From the human T2T-CHM13v2.0 reference genome, Homo sapiens, in assembly GCF_009914755.1 (NCBI RefSeq), contig NC_060933.1: a stretch of 64,000 bases of DNA; one strand, written 5' to 3'. The notes under the pieces were generated by a model, which did not search any database, was not told the origin of the DNA, and saw nothing but the letters and a program-made list of their open reading frames with translations. Position 1 is the first letter of the stretch, and the number at the start of each line of letters is the position of its first letter. Below, piece by piece: positions 61,628-64,000 of the stretch. The position numbers were made by a program, and so were the translations under genes.

Positions 61628-61780
61628 GTAAGTTACTGCAATTAACAACCACCTCGGGGTGGTCCGAGTGCTCCGGGGAAGAGAGCGCGGGGTGGTGGAG
61701 GCACAAACGCGCTCATTCATTCGGCCAAGGAGGGTTGGAGGAGCGGGGAGGAGAGGAAGTCCCCTGCATGGACTGGCTGT

Positions 61781-61902
61781 TGGAAGAGGAGAAGAAGCGA
61801 GAGAGAAGAGGAGGAGGGGGAGGAGGGAGAGCAGGAGGGGGAGGAGGAAGAGGAGGAGGAGAAGCGAGGGAGGAAGAGGAGGAGGAGGAAGAGGAGGAGA
61901 AG
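61781..61902. repeat. (GGA)n-rich polypurine tract in intron 1
   Basis: Read directly. Confidence 0.88.
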
Positions 61903-62309
61903 GTGGTAGTGGTGGCAGTGGAGGTGGCTGTGCTTTTCCTGCTGGCTGCTGCTCCTGCTGGGGGGAGTGAGCGCGGTGGCTTAATTAATTTCGTGTAGTT
62001 CTATGAAGAGAAGAGAAAATGAAAGATGAGTGAGAAGAGAGCTGGAGGCTTAGGACGGATGCTCCGAGTGTGGGGACAGGAGTAGGGACAGAGGGGGGCG
62101 GAGGGCGGGAGGCCGGAGACCTGAGCCGAGAGCCAGAGGGAGCGAGCGAGGGTCAGAGGAGGGAGAGCTCCGTGCGAGCGGCCCCGACCTGAGCGGGTTG
62201 ACCTCTTTCTTTCTCTGTCCCTCTCCTTCCTTTCCCCCTTCTGTCTGCCTGTCCCCCGCCCGATGGCAAAGCCGTGCGGATTGGCAGCCCCCCTCTTCCT
62301 CAGGTATTT

Positions 62310-62410
<101 letters not shown>

Positions 62411-64000
62411 TCCCCGAAGTTGGGATGCGGGGTCGGGATGTGTCGGGGGGTGGCTGCTGCAGCTGCTGGTGCCGGTGCTGCTGGTGAACAGAGAGGCGAG
62501 GAGCGGGGGGCACCGGCCGGGTGGGGGGCGCAGGTTCAGGAGCGGCTGAGGAGCTGTCTCCAGGCTGGAGGTTCAGAAGCGTCTGGTGGAGGAGGACAAC
62601 GGTTTCTGGAGAGGAGAAGCCATTACACACGCTTGGCTCTCCTCTGAGGAAGGGAGAAAGGAAGGCAGGGGCCTGGGGGGGCGTCTCACTCCTGGTGCAG
62701 TTCCCAGGGGTCTGCCCTCCTTCCAGGCACGAGGGGAAGCCGCAGCCGCCCCCCATTGGAGCAGCCCCTCTTTCCCTTTCTTTATCTCCCTGTCCTCCAT
62801 TTGCAAGCTGTCTGCTTTGGTTCCAGTCCAGACTCCAAAACACAAAGCTCCTTCTCACGTTCATTCTCCAGGCTGTTCACCATTCCTGAAGGAACCCTCG
62901 TTTTCTTTTCATTGTGGCTTCTAACCTACAGAGAGGGAGGGAGGGAGGCTGCCTGGAGTTCCTTTTATATTCCTCCCCAACCAAGAAAAAAAAAAGTTTC
63001 ATTTTTAAGCACGCGTCTGGGATGGGGAAAGACCAACCAGTTGGGGCTTTCTCCCAGGGCTCCCGGGGGCTGTGTCTGAGTGTCTGTGTTGGCTGTTTGG
63101 TTTGCTTTGGTTTTGTTTCTGGAGGTTGCTTGCAGGTTTTTGGAGGAAGTGACTAGTTTGGTTAAGAGCTGGGAACTGAGTCAGGTAAGCCGTGTCATGT
63201 TGTAACTCCACCAGAAAATGGAGGAGAGCGGGTTTCCAGGAGACAAAGCTGAGATGAGAAGTGTTTATAAAATTATGGATGTCTCCATTTTGAAGCTCTG
63301 TTGGTGATGGCTGGAGGAGGAGGAGGCTTGCTTGCCTACTCCTTCTCTCTTTCCAGAGGGAAACCTTGTGGTGGTTCCTCACTGTCTATTCATTATGCAA
63401 GGAAATGAGGGCTTTTAAGGGTTCCTCAGATTTTTCTCCACCAAAGAGTGCTTTCACAAGTTATTGAGGCGTTTGTTTCCATTTTAAAGTAAACTTTTGG
63501 AATTTTTTTTCTCCTTTTGAGTGGACCTGAAGGGTTTTGACCTCCTTCAGGAAAGGCAAGGCAAAAACCTTAAAACAGTTCCACTGAGGTCTTCACACAA
63601 CTTTAAGCTGCTCCAGGTCTCCTGAAAGTCACCAGGAAATGTGATTTCCTCCTTGTGAAGATGGTGATGGCCCTAAGCTGAGATTTTTTTGAGTTCTAGG
63701 GTTTGGTTATCATCATGTTTTGATGCATTGCAAGACTTTATTGTCTGATTTGAGTTGATTTCTGCAAATATAAAAAATAATAAGAATAATCCTGCAAGAT
63801 CTCAGAGGAACTCTAAGACTGGCTAACACCAGTTTCTCCAGGTTCTCCATTTCTCTTCAGGTCGTTCCATTTGTATGTTAGGCCTTCTTTCAGTTTCTTT
63901 GTTTCCCCTTTCCCTTTCCGTCGGCTAATTTTTTCTGTGTTCTGAAGTACTCTTAAGTCTTCAGAAATATCAGTATGTCTTCTTAACAATGTCGCTATGG

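Overview
Primate, most likely human, genomic DNA. About 57 kb is AT-rich, repeat-dense gene desert; a large CpG-island promoter complex follows at about 58.3-62.8 kb. I recognise the non-coding first exon ending at 61627 (GT donor at 61628) as the 5' UTR of ZNF462 (+ strand) from memory of the mRNA, not from a database search. No host protein-coding exon is supported in the window. The ORF track is explained by LINE-1 ORF1/ORF2/ORF0 remnants, Alu-derived ORFs and low-complexity promoter sequence. Repeats include a full-length dead L1PA6-like element, two 5'-inverted (twin-primed) L1s, a very short L1 3' end with the L1HS-type G, eleven Alus, a THE1 solo LTR, MER3/MER1A/Tigger2a/MER2 DNA-transposon fossils, a tailless 5S rRNA retrocopy and a polyadenylated tRNA-Glu 5' fragment retrocopy. 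I do not see a wholly new biological system. The best leads are: (1) about 14 shared non-consensus bases between two neighbouring L1s, suggesting gene conversion or a common source; (2) two uORFs in exon 1, one encoding an Arg-rich NLS-like peptide; (3) strand-alternating purine/pyrimidine tracts and a perfect (CT)47 around the promoter; (4) an open, extended L1 ORF0. Subfamily calls and consensus comparisons are from memory and need RepeatMasker/Dfam confirmation.
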